Sequence record: MN096367.1
Reading direction: 5' to 3' (one strand)
Length of the DNA stretch: 32,000 nt
From: Microbacterium phage Nucci
Below the pieces are notes generated by a model. It ran no database searches and was not told where the DNA came from. It saw only the letters and a list, made by a program, of their open reading frames with translations. Positions 8,214 to 16,922 of this stretch are shown here, piece after piece; the stretch's first letter is position 1; the number at the start of each line of letters is the position of its first letter. A program made the position numbers and the translations under genes.

Positions 8214-10358
8214 ATGGGTAACCGAGTAGCTCTCTGGCACGCGAACCAGACCGTCCGCACCGAAGGGGTGCTGGACAAGTATGGCGACAACATCGATGAC
8301 GTCTTCCTGGTGGGCTACCTGCTGGGCACTGGGGGTCTGGAGAACCTGAACATCCACAACACTGTAGAAGCAGCGCGGGCCAAGTGGCCCTCCATCCGCT
8401 GGTGGCTGACCATCCAGTGCTTCTCCAGCGCGGCATGGAAGGCCATCGGCACACCGGGTCACCCGCTTCGTGTGGCCGTGCTGGCTCAGATGGAGACCAT
8501 CTACGCGACGTACCCCTGGCTGTACGGCATCGACATGGATGCTGAAGGGTTCGGCAACAACATGACCAGCGCCGAAGCAATGGCCGGTTACCGTGCCCTC
8601 GGCGACCACGCACGCTCCTTCGGCAAGAAGCTGAGCGCGGCGCTGCCTGCTGCCACCGAGGGCAACTTCAGCATCGGTGGCGAGAACTGGCTGGACTACG
8701 CTGCGTTCGGCGCGTATCTGGACCAGGTCGCCATCATGACCTACGACTTCGCCTGGTCGGGCAGCGCCCCCGGCCCCATCGCGCCGCGCTTCTGGATTCA
8801 GCAGGTCTACGACTGGACGGTGTCCGTCATTGACCCGAAGAAGGTGCTGATGGGCGTGCCTGCCTACGGGCAGAACTGGTCCATCCACGTTCCGACCAAT
8901 GAGCTGCCCGGCTACTCGCCGAGCTGGCCCTACCGAGGCAACTCCGGCGCGTACTACTGGTTCTGGTTCATGGCGACCGGCGTGTGGGGTTCCATGTCTG
9001 GCGACGACAAGGAAGACCCGGCCGAGTGGAAGCAGACGCACGCAAGCTGGTTCACCTACCGGGACATCGAAACCAACTCGCCGTTCACGCTGATCGGCTG
9101 CTACTGGTGGGCCACGGCGAACCACGTGACCGGCAGCAGCGGCATGGAGAAGAACAGCCTGAACGGCAAGCCGTACTTCACCCGGTACGGCAGGGCAGCA
9201 GCAGACCCCGTCGGCGGCATGGTCGACCAGCGACCGACCACCCAGTACATGCAGCACGCCGTCCGCCCGATCCAGGTGGTGGACAGCGCTGGCCGGTGGT
9301 ACAATCAGGACGTCCACAACCTCACGCTCGAGGTTCTGCAGCGAGACCCCCAGTCGGCTACCATCATGGACGACGACTGCGCCAGCACCGGCACCCTGGA
9401 CATCTACTACACCAAGACTGGCGCGGCGTGGACGCACTGGCGCTCCTCCGACCCCATCCTCAACCCGCGCGCCTACGGTCAGTTCCGTGTGGCCGGTGCT
9501 GGTCGGCTTGCCCTGACCAACACCAACGGAGGAGGCGAGTTCCATGTCCAGGGGCGCTTCCAGTTCCCCTCGGCTGGCCGTGCCGGTGTGTACCACGGCA
9601 GCTTCGAGGCCACCGTAGACCAGGCAGGCGTCCTCCGTCTCAGCCGCAACGGGACCACCCTGGCCACACAGAACGTCTCGGCACCGGGCACCAGCAGCTC
9701 GCCAGGGTCCGCTCGAGCGGTCGTGGGGCTGCGCGTGCGGGGTAACCGGGCGCGGGTCTACTACAGCCGCACAGAGAACAGCGTGCCCCTGATCCTGGAG
9801 TACGTGGACCCCAGCTACACCCCCGGCCCCCAGGGCATGCTCAGCATGAGCGGGGCAGCGTGGTTCGACCACGTCCGATGGGGCGACGCCTGGTGGTACA
9901 ATCCTCGCGAGGCCGTGAACGTGCAGATCGGCAGCTTCACGTTCACCAACGTCGGTCGCATCCCGCGCACCAACGTCACCTGGGACGCCTTCAACCGGTT
10001 CCGGGTGAACACCGATGTGGAGGAGCGCACCACGCGCACCCAGGCCATCTCGGCTGACTGGGAGTTCATCCACCTGAAGGGAATCGGCATCCCGGCTGGC
10101 CAGACCAAGGCCGTCCGCATCATACCTCAGGACATTGACTGCTGGGTGAGCACGGCATACCTGTGTGACCCCAAGGGCACCAGCCTGTCGCACTACGCCG
10201 ACGCCGAGTACATGCAGCACTGTCGAGACATCGCATCTTCCGAGTGGGGCTTGGACGGCATCGCCGTCTGGCGTCTCGGTCAGGAAGACGTCCGCTTCTG
10301 GGAACGCATCAAGGGGGGAAGGCTCGACCCAGACGACAGGATCCAGATCCTGGCCTAA
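8214..10358 (+). CDS. GH18-like (chitinase/YaaH-type) tail-associated glycoside hydrolase with large inserted region
   Basis: WLYGIDMDAEG matches the GH18 DxDxE core, DPKKVLMGVPAYGQNW matches the GH18 beta-strand motif, and the C-terminal ADAEYMQHCRDIASSEWGLDGIAVWRLGQEDVRFW matches the end of GH18 barrels. Confidence 0.75.
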   Translation: MGNRVALWHANQTVRTEGVLDKYGDNIDDVFLVGYLLGTGGLENLNIHNTVEAARAKWPSIRWWLTIQCFSSAAWKAIGTPGHPLRVAVLAQMETIYATYPWLYGIDMDAEGFGNNMTSAEAMAGYRALGDHARSFGKKLSAALPAATEGNFSIGGENWLDYAAFGAYLDQVAIMTYDFAWSGSAPGPIAPRFWIQQVYDWTVSVIDPKKVLMGVPAYGQNWSIHVPTNELPGYSPSWPYRGNSGAYYWFWFMATGVWGSMSGDDKEDPAEWKQTHASWFTYRDIETNSPFTLIGCYWWATANHVTGSSGMEKNSLNGKPYFTRYGRAAADPVGGMVDQRPTTQYMQHAVRPIQVVDSAGRWYNQDVHNLTLEVLQRDPQSATIMDDDCASTGTLDIYYTKTGAAWTHWRSSDPILNPRAYGQFRVAGAGRLALTNTNGGGEFHVQGRFQFPSAGRAGVYHGSFEATVDQAGVLRLSRNGTTLATQNVSAPGTSSSPGSARAVVGLRVRGNRARVYYSRTENSVPLILEYVDPSYTPGPQGMLSMSGAAWFDHVRWGDAWWYNPREAVNVQIGSFTFTNVGRIPRTNVTWDAFNRFRVNTDVEERTTRTQAISADWEFIHLKGIGIPAGQTKAVRIIPQDIDCWVSTAYLCDPKGTSLSHYADAEYMQHCRDIASSEWGLDGIAVWRLGQEDVRFWERIKGGRLDPDDRIQILA

Positions 10359-10383
10359 CCCCCGCACACTAAGGAGAAACGAA

Positions 10384-11247
10384 ATGGCAACCCTCAAGAA
10401 TCACCCCGGCTACTGGCTGCGGGATGACGCGGCTGCTGCCTTCGACGCCTACGAGGCGAAGTACGGCAAGCGCACCGTCAACTCGGCAGGTCGCACCAAG
10501 GCCGAGCAGCAGAACCTCATCAACCGCTGGGACGCTGGTGGTGCTGCCAACCGGCCCCCGTACCTGTACGCACCGGCTCGTCCGGCTGAGTCCAGCAACC
10601 ACGTCCGCGACGGTGGTGTGGCCGTGGACATCGGCGACTGGCGCACCTTCAAGGAGCACTCGGAAGAGTTCGGCTTCTACTGGTACGGCAACTCGGACGT
10701 CGTTCACTTCGACTTCAAGGGCTGGAACGGTGGCGTGTCCCAGGACACCAAGAACCGGCAGGAGTGGCTGAACAAGGCGCGCGGCGAGAAGCTGAAGGTC
10801 GACGGCATCCAGGGTGCAGCGACCACGGCTGCGATCAAGCGCTACCAGAGCTTCCTCGGCGTGACCGCTGACGGCATCTGGGGCGACCGCACCCAGGCCG
10901 CGCATCAGGTCTACTGGGACAAGTGGCACCAGGGCAGCACCCCGGCACCCAAGCCGAGCAACCCCTTCGGAATCCCCTACTGCGCGGGCCTGCAGAAGAT
11001 CGCTCGCCTGTACGGGGGCAACACTGCACCGGATCAGATCTGGGGCGCTCAGTCGGCCAAGGGGTTCGCACAGTTCCTCCGGGCGAACTGGGGCTACAAG
11101 GGCAACGACGTGCTCGGTCCGGTGATGTGGGCAGCGATCGCTCGCTGGCTGCGTGCCCGCTGGGGCTACGTCGGCAACGACACCCCCGGTCCGGTCATGC
11201 GTGCCGCTCTCCAGCGTGCCGAGGCTGCGAACTACAACGAACTGTAA
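10384..11247 (+). CDS. Endolysin: M15-type (VanY-like) peptidase domain plus C-terminal peptidoglycan-binding repeats
   Basis: 287 aa from ATG 10384 after AAGGAGA. SSNHVRDGGVAVDIGDW and VVHFDF give the Hx6D...H zinc site; KVDGIQGAATTAAIKRYQSFLGVTADGIWGDRTQAA matches PG_binding_1. Confidence 0.85.
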   Translation: MATLKNHPGYWLRDDAAAAFDAYEAKYGKRTVNSAGRTKAEQQNLINRWDAGGAANRPPYLYAPARPAESSNHVRDGGVAVDIGDWRTFKEHSEEFGFYWYGNSDVVHFDFKGWNGGVSQDTKNRQEWLNKARGEKLKVDGIQGAATTAAIKRYQSFLGVTADGIWGDRTQAAHQVYWDKWHQGSTPAPKPSNPFGIPYCAGLQKIARLYGGNTAPDQIWGAQSAKGFAQFLRANWGYKGNDVLGPVMWAAIARWLRARWGYVGNDTPGPVMRAALQRAEAANYNEL

Positions 11248-11268
11248 CCACACCTGGAGGGGTAGATA

Positions 11269-11652
11269 ATGCTGGAAGTGATCGAACGCATCGGGGCTGT
11301 ACTGACCCCACTCTTCGTCGCCGTCATTACGGTGTACGGGGGTGTCATGGTGGCCAAGATCAACAAGGTCAAGGCCAACGTGGAGAAGGTGCAGTCGGAC
11401 ATCATCACGAACCACGGTAGTAAGAACATCGGTGATGCGATCGATCGCCTCACCACTCGCGTCATGGTCATCAGTGACAATCAGGACCAGCTCATCCTGG
11501 ACGTGAAAGCGCTGAAGGCGCATGACGCTGAAGTGGACACCAGGCTGGACAACATCGACAAGTCCAGCCAGGACACCAAGGATGCTGTCTCCGACACCAT
11601 CCGCGTAGTGAAGCCGTTCCACGCCCTCGTGGACAAACTGAAAGGCAAGTAA
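11269..11652 (+). CDS. Membrane-anchored coiled-coil protein (DUF2746/holin-like)
   Basis: 127 aa with N-terminal transmembrane segment then helical region; directly downstream of endolysin. Confidence 0.6.
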   Translation: MLEVIERIGAVLTPLFVAVITVYGGVMVAKINKVKANVEKVQSDIITNHGSKNIGDAIDRLTTRVMVISDNQDQLILDVKALKAHDAEVDTRLDNIDKSSQDTKDAVSDTIRVVKPFHALVDKLKGK

Positions 11653-11960
11653 TGGATACCATCGCAACGCTGGCCACCGTGCCCGCTGTCATCGCACTGG
11701 TGACGCTCTTCAAGGACCTGGGCCTCCCGTCCAAGCTGTCCCCGCTGCTGGCCGTCGTGCTCGGTGTGGCCTTGTCTGTCCTCGGCGCGCTGTCGCTGGG
11801 CACGGTGGCCAACTGGTACGAGACCGTCTCCCTCGGCGTCATCCTCGGCCTGAGCGCTGCTGGCCTGTACGACGGGGCGCGGGCCATCGGTGGCAACACC
11901 GTGGTCGTGGAGGAGGACCCGGCGACCAAGCCGCTTCTCCGCCGCGACCTCAACAACTGA
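11652..11960 (+). CDS. Holin candidate
   Basis: 102 aa with two predicted hydrophobic segments (LSPLLAVVLGVALSVLGALSLGTVA; VSLGVILGLSAAGLYDGARAI) in the lysis cassette. Confidence 0.65.
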   Translation: MDTIATLATVPAVIALVTLFKDLGLPSKLSPLLAVVLGVALSVLGALSLGTVANWYETVSLGVILGLSAAGLYDGARAIGGNTVVVEEDPATKPLLRRDLNN

Positions 11961-12000
11961 CAATCCCGTCAGAACCCAACACACAGTTAGGAATCATACA

Positions 12001-12366
12001 ATGGCAGGTTACGCAACTCCGTCCGGGTCGTGCGGTCAGCAGAGCGCCACCGACTTCTGGACGTACCGATGGATGGGGGGCACGATCCGCGCCCGTCTTC
12101 TGGACGTGTCCCTGGCACCGGACCCGAACTACAACTGGGGTCAGTGGGGCCAGGCATCCATCCGAATCGACCTGGTCGGCCGTGACGGCAAGAACAAGGC
12201 CAGCAACACGCTCTACAAGACGTGGGGCGTGCTGCCCGCATACAAGACCTTCGTCTTCTGGAACGTCGCACAGGAGGTCCGCTTCCGCTGCCGTGCTTCG
12301 GTGCCCTCCTACCCGTGGGGAGCCGGTGCCTGGGTGAACTTCAAGATGGAGTTCAGCTGGGGCTAA
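12001..12366 (+). CDS. Hypothetical beta-rich protein at the end of the late operon
   Basis: 121 aa from ATG 12001 (MAGYATPSGSCGQQSATDFWTYRW...); last rightward ORF before the hairpin. Confidence 0.6.
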   Translation: MAGYATPSGSCGQQSATDFWTYRWMGGTIRARLLDVSLAPDPNYNWGQWGQASIRIDLVGRDGKNKASNTLYKTWGVLPAYKTFVFWNVAQEVRFRCRASVPSYPWGAGAWVNFKMEFSWG

Positions 12367-12377
12367 GCCCTAACACA

Positions 12378-12419
12378 AGGAAGCCCCCGTCCGGCTACTC
12401 TGCCAGGCGGGGGCTTCCT
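12378..12419. terminator. Probable bidirectional terminator between convergent operons
   Basis: Perfect 12-bp inverted repeat AGGAAGCCCCCG (12378-12389)/CGGGGGCTTCCT (12408-12419) between stop codons of convergent genes; no U-tract. Confidence 0.7.
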
Positions 12420-12426
12420 GCTGCCC

Positions 12427-12606
12427 TCAGGGGGCCAGGGGGAACCGGTCGCTGAGCTGCACCACGGCCACACCCAGGTCCGTCTCGAGACGCCCGCGCT
12501 GGTGGTCGATGCGGCGGATGCGGATGACCGTGGCCTCGTTGCCCTCGGGGTCAATGATGACCTGACCCTTGGTGAGATCCTCTGCCTTGATGCCCTTGCT
12601 AGCCAT
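12427..12606 (-). CDS. Hypothetical 59 aa protein
   Basis: MASKGIKAEDLTKGQVIIDPEGNEATVIRIRRIDHQRGRLETDLGVAVVQLSDRFPLAP; GAAGGAGG upstream and a promoter at 12637-12666. Confidence 0.65.
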   Translation of the reverse strand: MASKGIKAEDLTKGQVIIDPEGNEATVIRIRRIDHQRGRLETDLGVAVVQLSDRFPLAP

Positions 12607-12636
12607 GATGGCCTCCTTCGGTTGGTTGGTACTTGA

Positions 12637-12666
12637 AGCTTAGCACGTACCCTGAAGGTTACGCAA
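12637..12666 (-). promoter_or_regulatory. Promoter TTGCGT-N18-TAAGCT (extended -10 TGC)
   Basis: Matches the repeated early promoter family in this window; upstream of 12427-12606. Confidence 0.7.
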
Positions 12667-13051
12667 CCTTGAGGAAGAACTGGCCGGGACGAAGAGTGAT
12701 GGTCCCACCCTTGGGCAGTCCCACGAGGTAGGTGCCGGGGAGCAGCTCGCCGACGATGGTCCACTCCTTGAGGTTGGTGGCCTGACGCGGGTCGACCCAG
12801 CCGGAGCCGCGCTGCGCGGGGCCGACAGCCCACTCGGCGTAGACCGTGGTCCCAGCCTCGACAGCCGGGATGGACCAGGTGGAGGGGTACGTGGTGTCGT
12901 CACGCTCGATGAGGCCGTGCTCCGTCAGGTAGTCCGCGTAAGCGTTGACTTCCTTGGTGGTCCAGCCCTTACGGTTGAGGTCGTAGTAGTACGGCTGGAC
13001 GGTGTTCAGCCACTCGACGAAGTGGGCGATGGCCTCGGGGGTGATGTTCAT
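12659..13051 (-). CDS. Hypothetical protein
   Basis: 130 aa; AAGGAG ribosome-binding site; promoter at 13091-13120. Confidence 0.65.
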   Translation of the reverse strand: MNITPEAIAHFVEWLNTVQPYYYDLNRKGWTTKEVNAYADYLTEHGLIERDDTTYPSTWSIPAVEAGTTVYAEWAVGPAQRGSGWVDPRQATNLKEWTIVGELLPGTYLVGLPKGGTITLRPGQFFLKVA

Positions 13052-13090
13052 GGGATGCTCCTTGAAGTGGTGTGCCTTGCTGATATGATC

Positions 13091-13120
13091 AGCCTAGCAC
13101 GACCTTCAGAGTTACAGCAA
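13091..13120 (-). promoter_or_regulatory. Promoter TTGCTG-N18-TAGGCT
   Basis: Member of the repeated promoter family; upstream of 12659-13051. Confidence 0.65.
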
Positions 13121-13375
13121 CCCCCAATATTCACCGATCTGGATGAGACCCACCAGGCCTCGCAGAACCTCGTCCCAGTACCGGCCCCACCAGTACGCGG
13201 CGCACAGCGCCCAGACGACGCCGAAGAACACCATCAGGAGGGGCATCAGGACCATGACGTTGATCGTCGCCTGGGTAGGTGTGGCCTTCTCCTGCTCAGG
13301 CTCGGTGTCGGCACCGACAGCGGCGACCAGGTCTTCGAAGCTGGTGATGGTACGGGGATCAGTGAGAGTAGTCAT
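13112..13375 (-). CDS. Small membrane protein
   Basis: 87 aa from MTTLTDPRTITSFEDL; hydrophobic segment TINVMVLMPLLMVFFGVVWALCAAYW. Confidence 0.55.
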   Translation of the reverse strand: MTTLTDPRTITSFEDLVAAVGADTEPEQEKATPTQATINVMVLMPLLMVFFGVVWALCAAYWWGRYWDEVLRGLVGLIQIGEYWGLL

Positions 13376-13414
13376 GAAGGAACCGTACCACAGCACCGGC
13401 AAGGGGCACAAGCC

Positions 13415-15091
13415 CTAGTCTTCTACGACAGGTCGCTGCACGATCTTGAGACGCGGGTCAATGAAGTGCATGTTGTTCCCGCGCTTAGTCTGCACGCCCA
13501 GCCGGAGCAGGTCGCTCTCCTCTTCGGGGCTGGCCAGGCTCATGATAAAGTCCGACCAGCCGTGCAGCGCGGTCGCCCCCAGGATGGACTCCTGCACGGT
13601 CTCACCCTTCTCGAAGACCCGCTTGCGTGTGTGGTGGATAAACATGATGGCGCACTTGGTCTCCTTGGCGATCTCCTTGAGGGGCTTCAGGATCGCGTAC
13701 ATGTCCTTCTGGTCGGAGACGTTGGCCTTGCCGATAGCCATGGACAAGGTGTCAATGACCACCAGGTCAAGCTCGTGCTTAGTGATGGTCTCCAGGAGGC
13801 GCTGCTGGTCGGCTTCCTCACTGAGGTCCACAGCCGAGAACAGGGTCAGCAGGTCCAGGGGCACCGGGGGTTCCCAGACGAGCGCCTTGCCGTCCTGCCT
13901 GATGTGGCCGTCCCAGTGGTACTTCTGCCTGCCGTGGTCTCGGTTGAGAGACGCGCTGACGCGCTCAGCGAACAGGTAGTCCCCGTCCTCCAGGGACAGG
14001 AAGCCCACGCGCTTAGGCTTGCGCATGGACAGCCCCAGCGGCCTCCGGCCGGTGGCCAGCCCCAGGGCGATCTCAATCGCGATGCGAGTCTTGCCCACCT
14101 TGGGCGCTGCTACCAGCAGCCCGCACGCGCCTTCGGCGATGATGTTGGGCAGCACCCAGGACATAGGCGTGCGGATGACCGGCCCGAACTGGTCGAGCGT
14201 GGACATCTCCCAGGCTTCAATGACTTCCTCGTCATCGTCGCTGTCGTCGTCCTGGATGGGCTTGGGCTTCTCCTTGCGGGGCTTCTCCGGGACGTGCCCG
14301 TAGGCGCGCTCGATGTCGTCCTTGAGCTTGTCCGGGTCGTCTTTCCACTTGTTCCACTCGGTGGCCTTGATCATCTTGAAGGCCAAGCTCTGGTCCAGCC
14401 CCAGCTCTGCGGCGTTACGGGCGAACTTCCAGAGGAGCTGGCTGCGGTCGCCGTAGGTGTCCTTCTTGCCCAGCTCAGCGGCTGTACCGGCCGAGAAGCC
14501 CAGCTCCTTGGCCACACGGGAGAGCAGCATGCCACGGGTCCACACGCGCCCGCTCGAGGACAGCACGCGGCCCAGGAACGGCTCCCGCTTATGGTGCATG
14601 GTGCCGGGCACGCGGAGGAGCTGGCTGATGTCGACGCCGGACTTGTCCGCGCCGATGGCCTGGGTCAGCATGCCGATGAACCCGTCCCGATGGAACTCGG
14701 ACACGGGCAGGGCTTCCTTGAGGAGCCAGATGGCCTGGATGTGGCCGGGGCTGGTCTCCCACATGTACGAGGGCCTCAGCGCCTCCAGCAGCTTCCGGTC
14801 GTAGCTGTCGTCGCAGTCCACCCAGACGGCACGCTGCGCGGGGTAGTTGGTGCCCTCGGTGCCCTTCTTGATGCGGCGTGTGTCGCCACGGCTAACGGCA
14901 GGCGTCCAGTACCAGTCGACGGAGTCACGCAGGTCGGGGAAGCTGGGCTTGCGGGCGCTGAGCATAGCGCCTTCGCGGAAGCGTTCCTTGTCCTTGTCCC
15001 CGATGTCAGAGATGCTGGGCATCCACACGTGACCGGCGACGCCGGAGTGCTTCCACACCCTGTGGATTAGGTCAAGAGGGTTGATATCCAC
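13415..15091 (-). CDS. Bifunctional primase-polymerase/RepA-like AAA (RecA-fold) helicase
   Basis: 558 aa; Walker A GACGLLVAAPKVGKTRIAIEIALGLATG, Walker B-like LDLVVIDTLSMA, N-terminal primase-like region (QRAVWVDCDDSYD...HIQAIWLL). Confidence 0.75.
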   Translation of the reverse strand: MDINPLDLIHRVWKHSGVAGHVWMPSISDIGDKDKERFREGAMLSARKPSFPDLRDSVDWYWTPAVSRGDTRRIKKGTEGTNYPAQRAVWVDCDDSYDRKLLEALRPSYMWETSPGHIQAIWLLKEALPVSEFHRDGFIGMLTQAIGADKSGVDISQLLRVPGTMHHKREPFLGRVLSSSGRVWTRGMLLSRVAKELGFSAGTAAELGKKDTYGDRSQLLWKFARNAAELGLDQSLAFKMIKATEWNKWKDDPDKLKDDIERAYGHVPEKPRKEKPKPIQDDDSDDDEEVIEAWEMSTLDQFGPVIRTPMSWVLPNIIAEGACGLLVAAPKVGKTRIAIEIALGLATGRRPLGLSMRKPKRVGFLSLEDGDYLFAERVSASLNRDHGRQKYHWDGHIRQDGKALVWEPPVPLDLLTLFSAVDLSEEADQQRLLETITKHELDLVVIDTLSMAIGKANVSDQKDMYAILKPLKEIAKETKCAIMFIHHTRKRVFEKGETVQESILGATALHGWSDFIMSLASPEEESDLLRLGVQTKRGNNMHFIDPRLKIVQRPVVED

Positions 15092-15360
15092 TCTACTACT
15101 TCCTGAGCCTTGGGGTCATGGCTGGTGAACGTGGTGCCACCTGCCTGACGGAACTTCTTTAGGTTGTATTGCTGTGCCGTGCTGGGCTTCTCCTTGGCCG
15201 TCTTCTTGGCTTCAATTGCGAAGAAGTGACCGTGCGCACATCCGATGATGTCGGGGGTCCCCTTCTGCTGAAAGGAACCCCCGTGGGTGCGGAGGGCGTA
15301 CACCCCAGGCATCGCGTTGAGCCGCTTCAGCATGCGGCGCACGACCTCCGCTTCATCCAT
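15067..15360 (-). CDS. VRR-NUC domain nuclease
   Basis: 97 aa; GVYALRTHGGSFQQKGTPDIIGCAHGHFFAIEAKK...PSTAQQYNLKKFRQAGG is the VRR-NUC pattern. Confidence 0.85.
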   Translation of the reverse strand: MDEAEVVRRMLKRLNAMPGVYALRTHGGSFQQKGTPDIIGCAHGHFFAIEAKKTAKEKPSTAQQYNLKKFRQAGGTTFTSHDPKAQEVVEWISTLLT

Positions 15361-16208
15361 CAGCGACGCTTGACGGTGCGACGAGCCGGTGCCTTGGCTG
15401 CGGGCTTGCGTGCAGCAGCACGGCGACGGGGAGCAGGCTCAGGCTCCTCCTCTTCCTCCTCGTCGTCTTCGAACTCTTCGTCCTCGAGTTCTTCGTCGTC
15501 GAGGTCCTCGTCGTCCAGGTCGTCCTCGTCACCTTCGTCGTCACCTTCGTCGTCGCCCTCGCCGAGCTCCTCCTCGATGACCAGCTCCACGAGCTCGTCC
15601 TTCTTGACGCCGTCGGTGTCGATGCCGAGGCCCTTGGCACGCTTGCGCAGTGCAGGCAGGGTCAGCGCCTCGATCTCCTCGCGAAGCTCGTCCTCGTCGG
15701 CCTCTTCCTCCTCGTCGACGTCGTCTTCGTACTCCTCTTCGGCCTCATCGGCTTCGTCGTCGTACTCCTCGTCATCGTCCTCGACGCCGGTGCTGTCCTC
15801 GTCCAGGATGTCCAGGCCGTAGATGTTGGCCAGGGTGGAGCGGCCTTCGTACTGGCCGGTCTCGTCCTCGACCTCACCGGCGACCACCTTGCCGATGGCC
15901 TTGTTGGGGTCGATGTTGACGGCCTTGCCCTTGGCCTTGGACGCGTCCAGGACACCGGCAGCGACCATGAGGTCACGGAGCTTCCAGAACTGGTTCTGCT
16001 GGAGCTTGCAGTAGTACGGGAACCGGCGCGTCTTGTACTTCTCGACCTCGGGAACGAGGTAGAAGACGTACATGTCGGTCCCGTCCTGGGCCTCCTTGTC
16101 CTCCACGCCGACGATCTTGAAGGCGTGCAGCCCCTCGGGCATGCGCTTCGTGTTGATGCCGGAGCGCTCTTCGACCTTGCTGAAATCAAGGCGGATCTTC
16201 TTAGCCAT
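15360..16208 (-). CDS. Putative ssDNA-binding protein (DUF669-like) with acidic linkers, SAP-like helices and basic tail
   Basis: 282 aa; N-terminal LPEV...YYCKLQQNQFWKLRDLMVAAGV...GKVVAGEVEDE-type OB-like region, EIEALTLPALRKRAKGLGIDTDGVKKDELVELVIEEE SAP-like segment, and C-terminal RRRAAARKPAAKAPARRTVKRR. Confidence 0.55.
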   Translation of the reverse strand: MAKKIRLDFSKVEERSGINTKRMPEGLHAFKIVGVEDKEAQDGTDMYVFYLVPEVEKYKTRRFPYYCKLQQNQFWKLRDLMVAAGVLDASKAKGKAVNIDPNKAIGKVVAGEVEDETGQYEGRSTLANIYGLDILDEDSTGVEDDDEEYDDEADEAEEEYEDDVDEEEEADEDELREEIEALTLPALRKRAKGLGIDTDGVKKDELVELVIEEELGEGDDEGDDEGDEDDLDDEDLDDEELEDEEFEDDEEEEEEPEPAPRRRAAARKPAAKAPARRTVKRR

Positions 16209-16253
16209 GTTGGCTTCCTTCTTTCTGTTGGTGTTCTTCTTGGGGTATCTGGG

Positions 16254-16922
16254 CTAGCGGGTCCAGCCCAGAAGCTGGTTCAAGCGACCGATGGACGGCT
16301 GCTTCAAATAAGGCGGAGTACCAGTATAGCGCTCGCTGCGCGCCCCGGCCACAATCGAGCTGGATGGGCCGAGCCAGAGACGGCGCACCGGCTTGTCGTT
16401 GACGTGGGCGATGTACAGACGGCCGATGGCGTCGGACATCTGCAGGACGGCGCTGGCTGCACCGGCCGACAGGTCCACCGTGGTCATGACCGCTGCGTCC
16501 TCGTCGTCGTCCTCAGATACCCAGTCCTCGTTCGGGAGGATGAGGCGTTCCTGAGCCAACACGATAACATCCTTGTTGCTGTCTCGCAAGGTGCGGATGA
16601 GTGTGGCCAGCCCATTGTTCGCAGTGCCGAAGTCCTGCTTCCTGATCTGGGCACCGGGTCCACCAGCCGACTCCTGCTGGAACAGGGAGTGCAGGCTGGT
16701 AGCCGTGTCGATGACGAAGCGCTGGTGCTTAGACAGGAACGTGCTGTTCACCGTCTTGTTGATGTTGCGCGTGCTGAGGTCCTCCAGGATGGTCATACCC
16801 TGGGTGTTGATCCCACGCAGACCACGGTCAGCGCTGAAGACTGCCGTCTTGCCCTTGGGGGCATCCTTGAGGGCGAGCGTGGTCTTGCCTACCTTGGGCC
16901 GACCGTAGATGGTGATGACACT
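16254..16922 (-). CDS. Sak4-like RecA-fold ATPase (AAA_24-type recombination protein)
   Basis: 222 aa from MSVITIYGRPKVGKTTLALKDAPKGKTAVFSADRG; QRFVIDTATSL and DVIVLAQERLI motifs typical of Sak4-type proteins. Confidence 0.75.
   Translation of the reverse strand, partial: SVITIYGRPKVGKTTLALKDAPKGKTAVFSADRGLRGINTQGMTILEDLSTRNINKTVNSTFLSKHQRFVIDTATSLHSLFQQESAGGPGAQIRKQDFGTANNGLATLIRTLRDSNKDVIVLAQERLILPNEDWVSEDDDEDAAVMTTVDLSAGAASAVLQMSDAIGRLYIAHVNDKPVRRLWLGPSSSIVAGARSERYTGTPPYLKQPSIGRLNQLLGWTR

Noticed and set aside
8175-10397. 740 aa minus-strand ORF opposite the GH18-like gene
   Set aside because: Plus-strand frame has catalytic motifs and good ribosome-binding context; this is an antisense shadow.
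12917-15070. 717 aa plus-strand ORF opposite the primase/helicase
   Set aside because: Minus strand carries Walker motifs; plus-strand product looks like a composition artefact.
15389-15822. Low-complexity tandem repeat DNA (tcg/ctc-rich)
   Set aside because: Explained by the Asp/Glu-rich coding sequence of the minus-strand ssDNA-binding-like protein.
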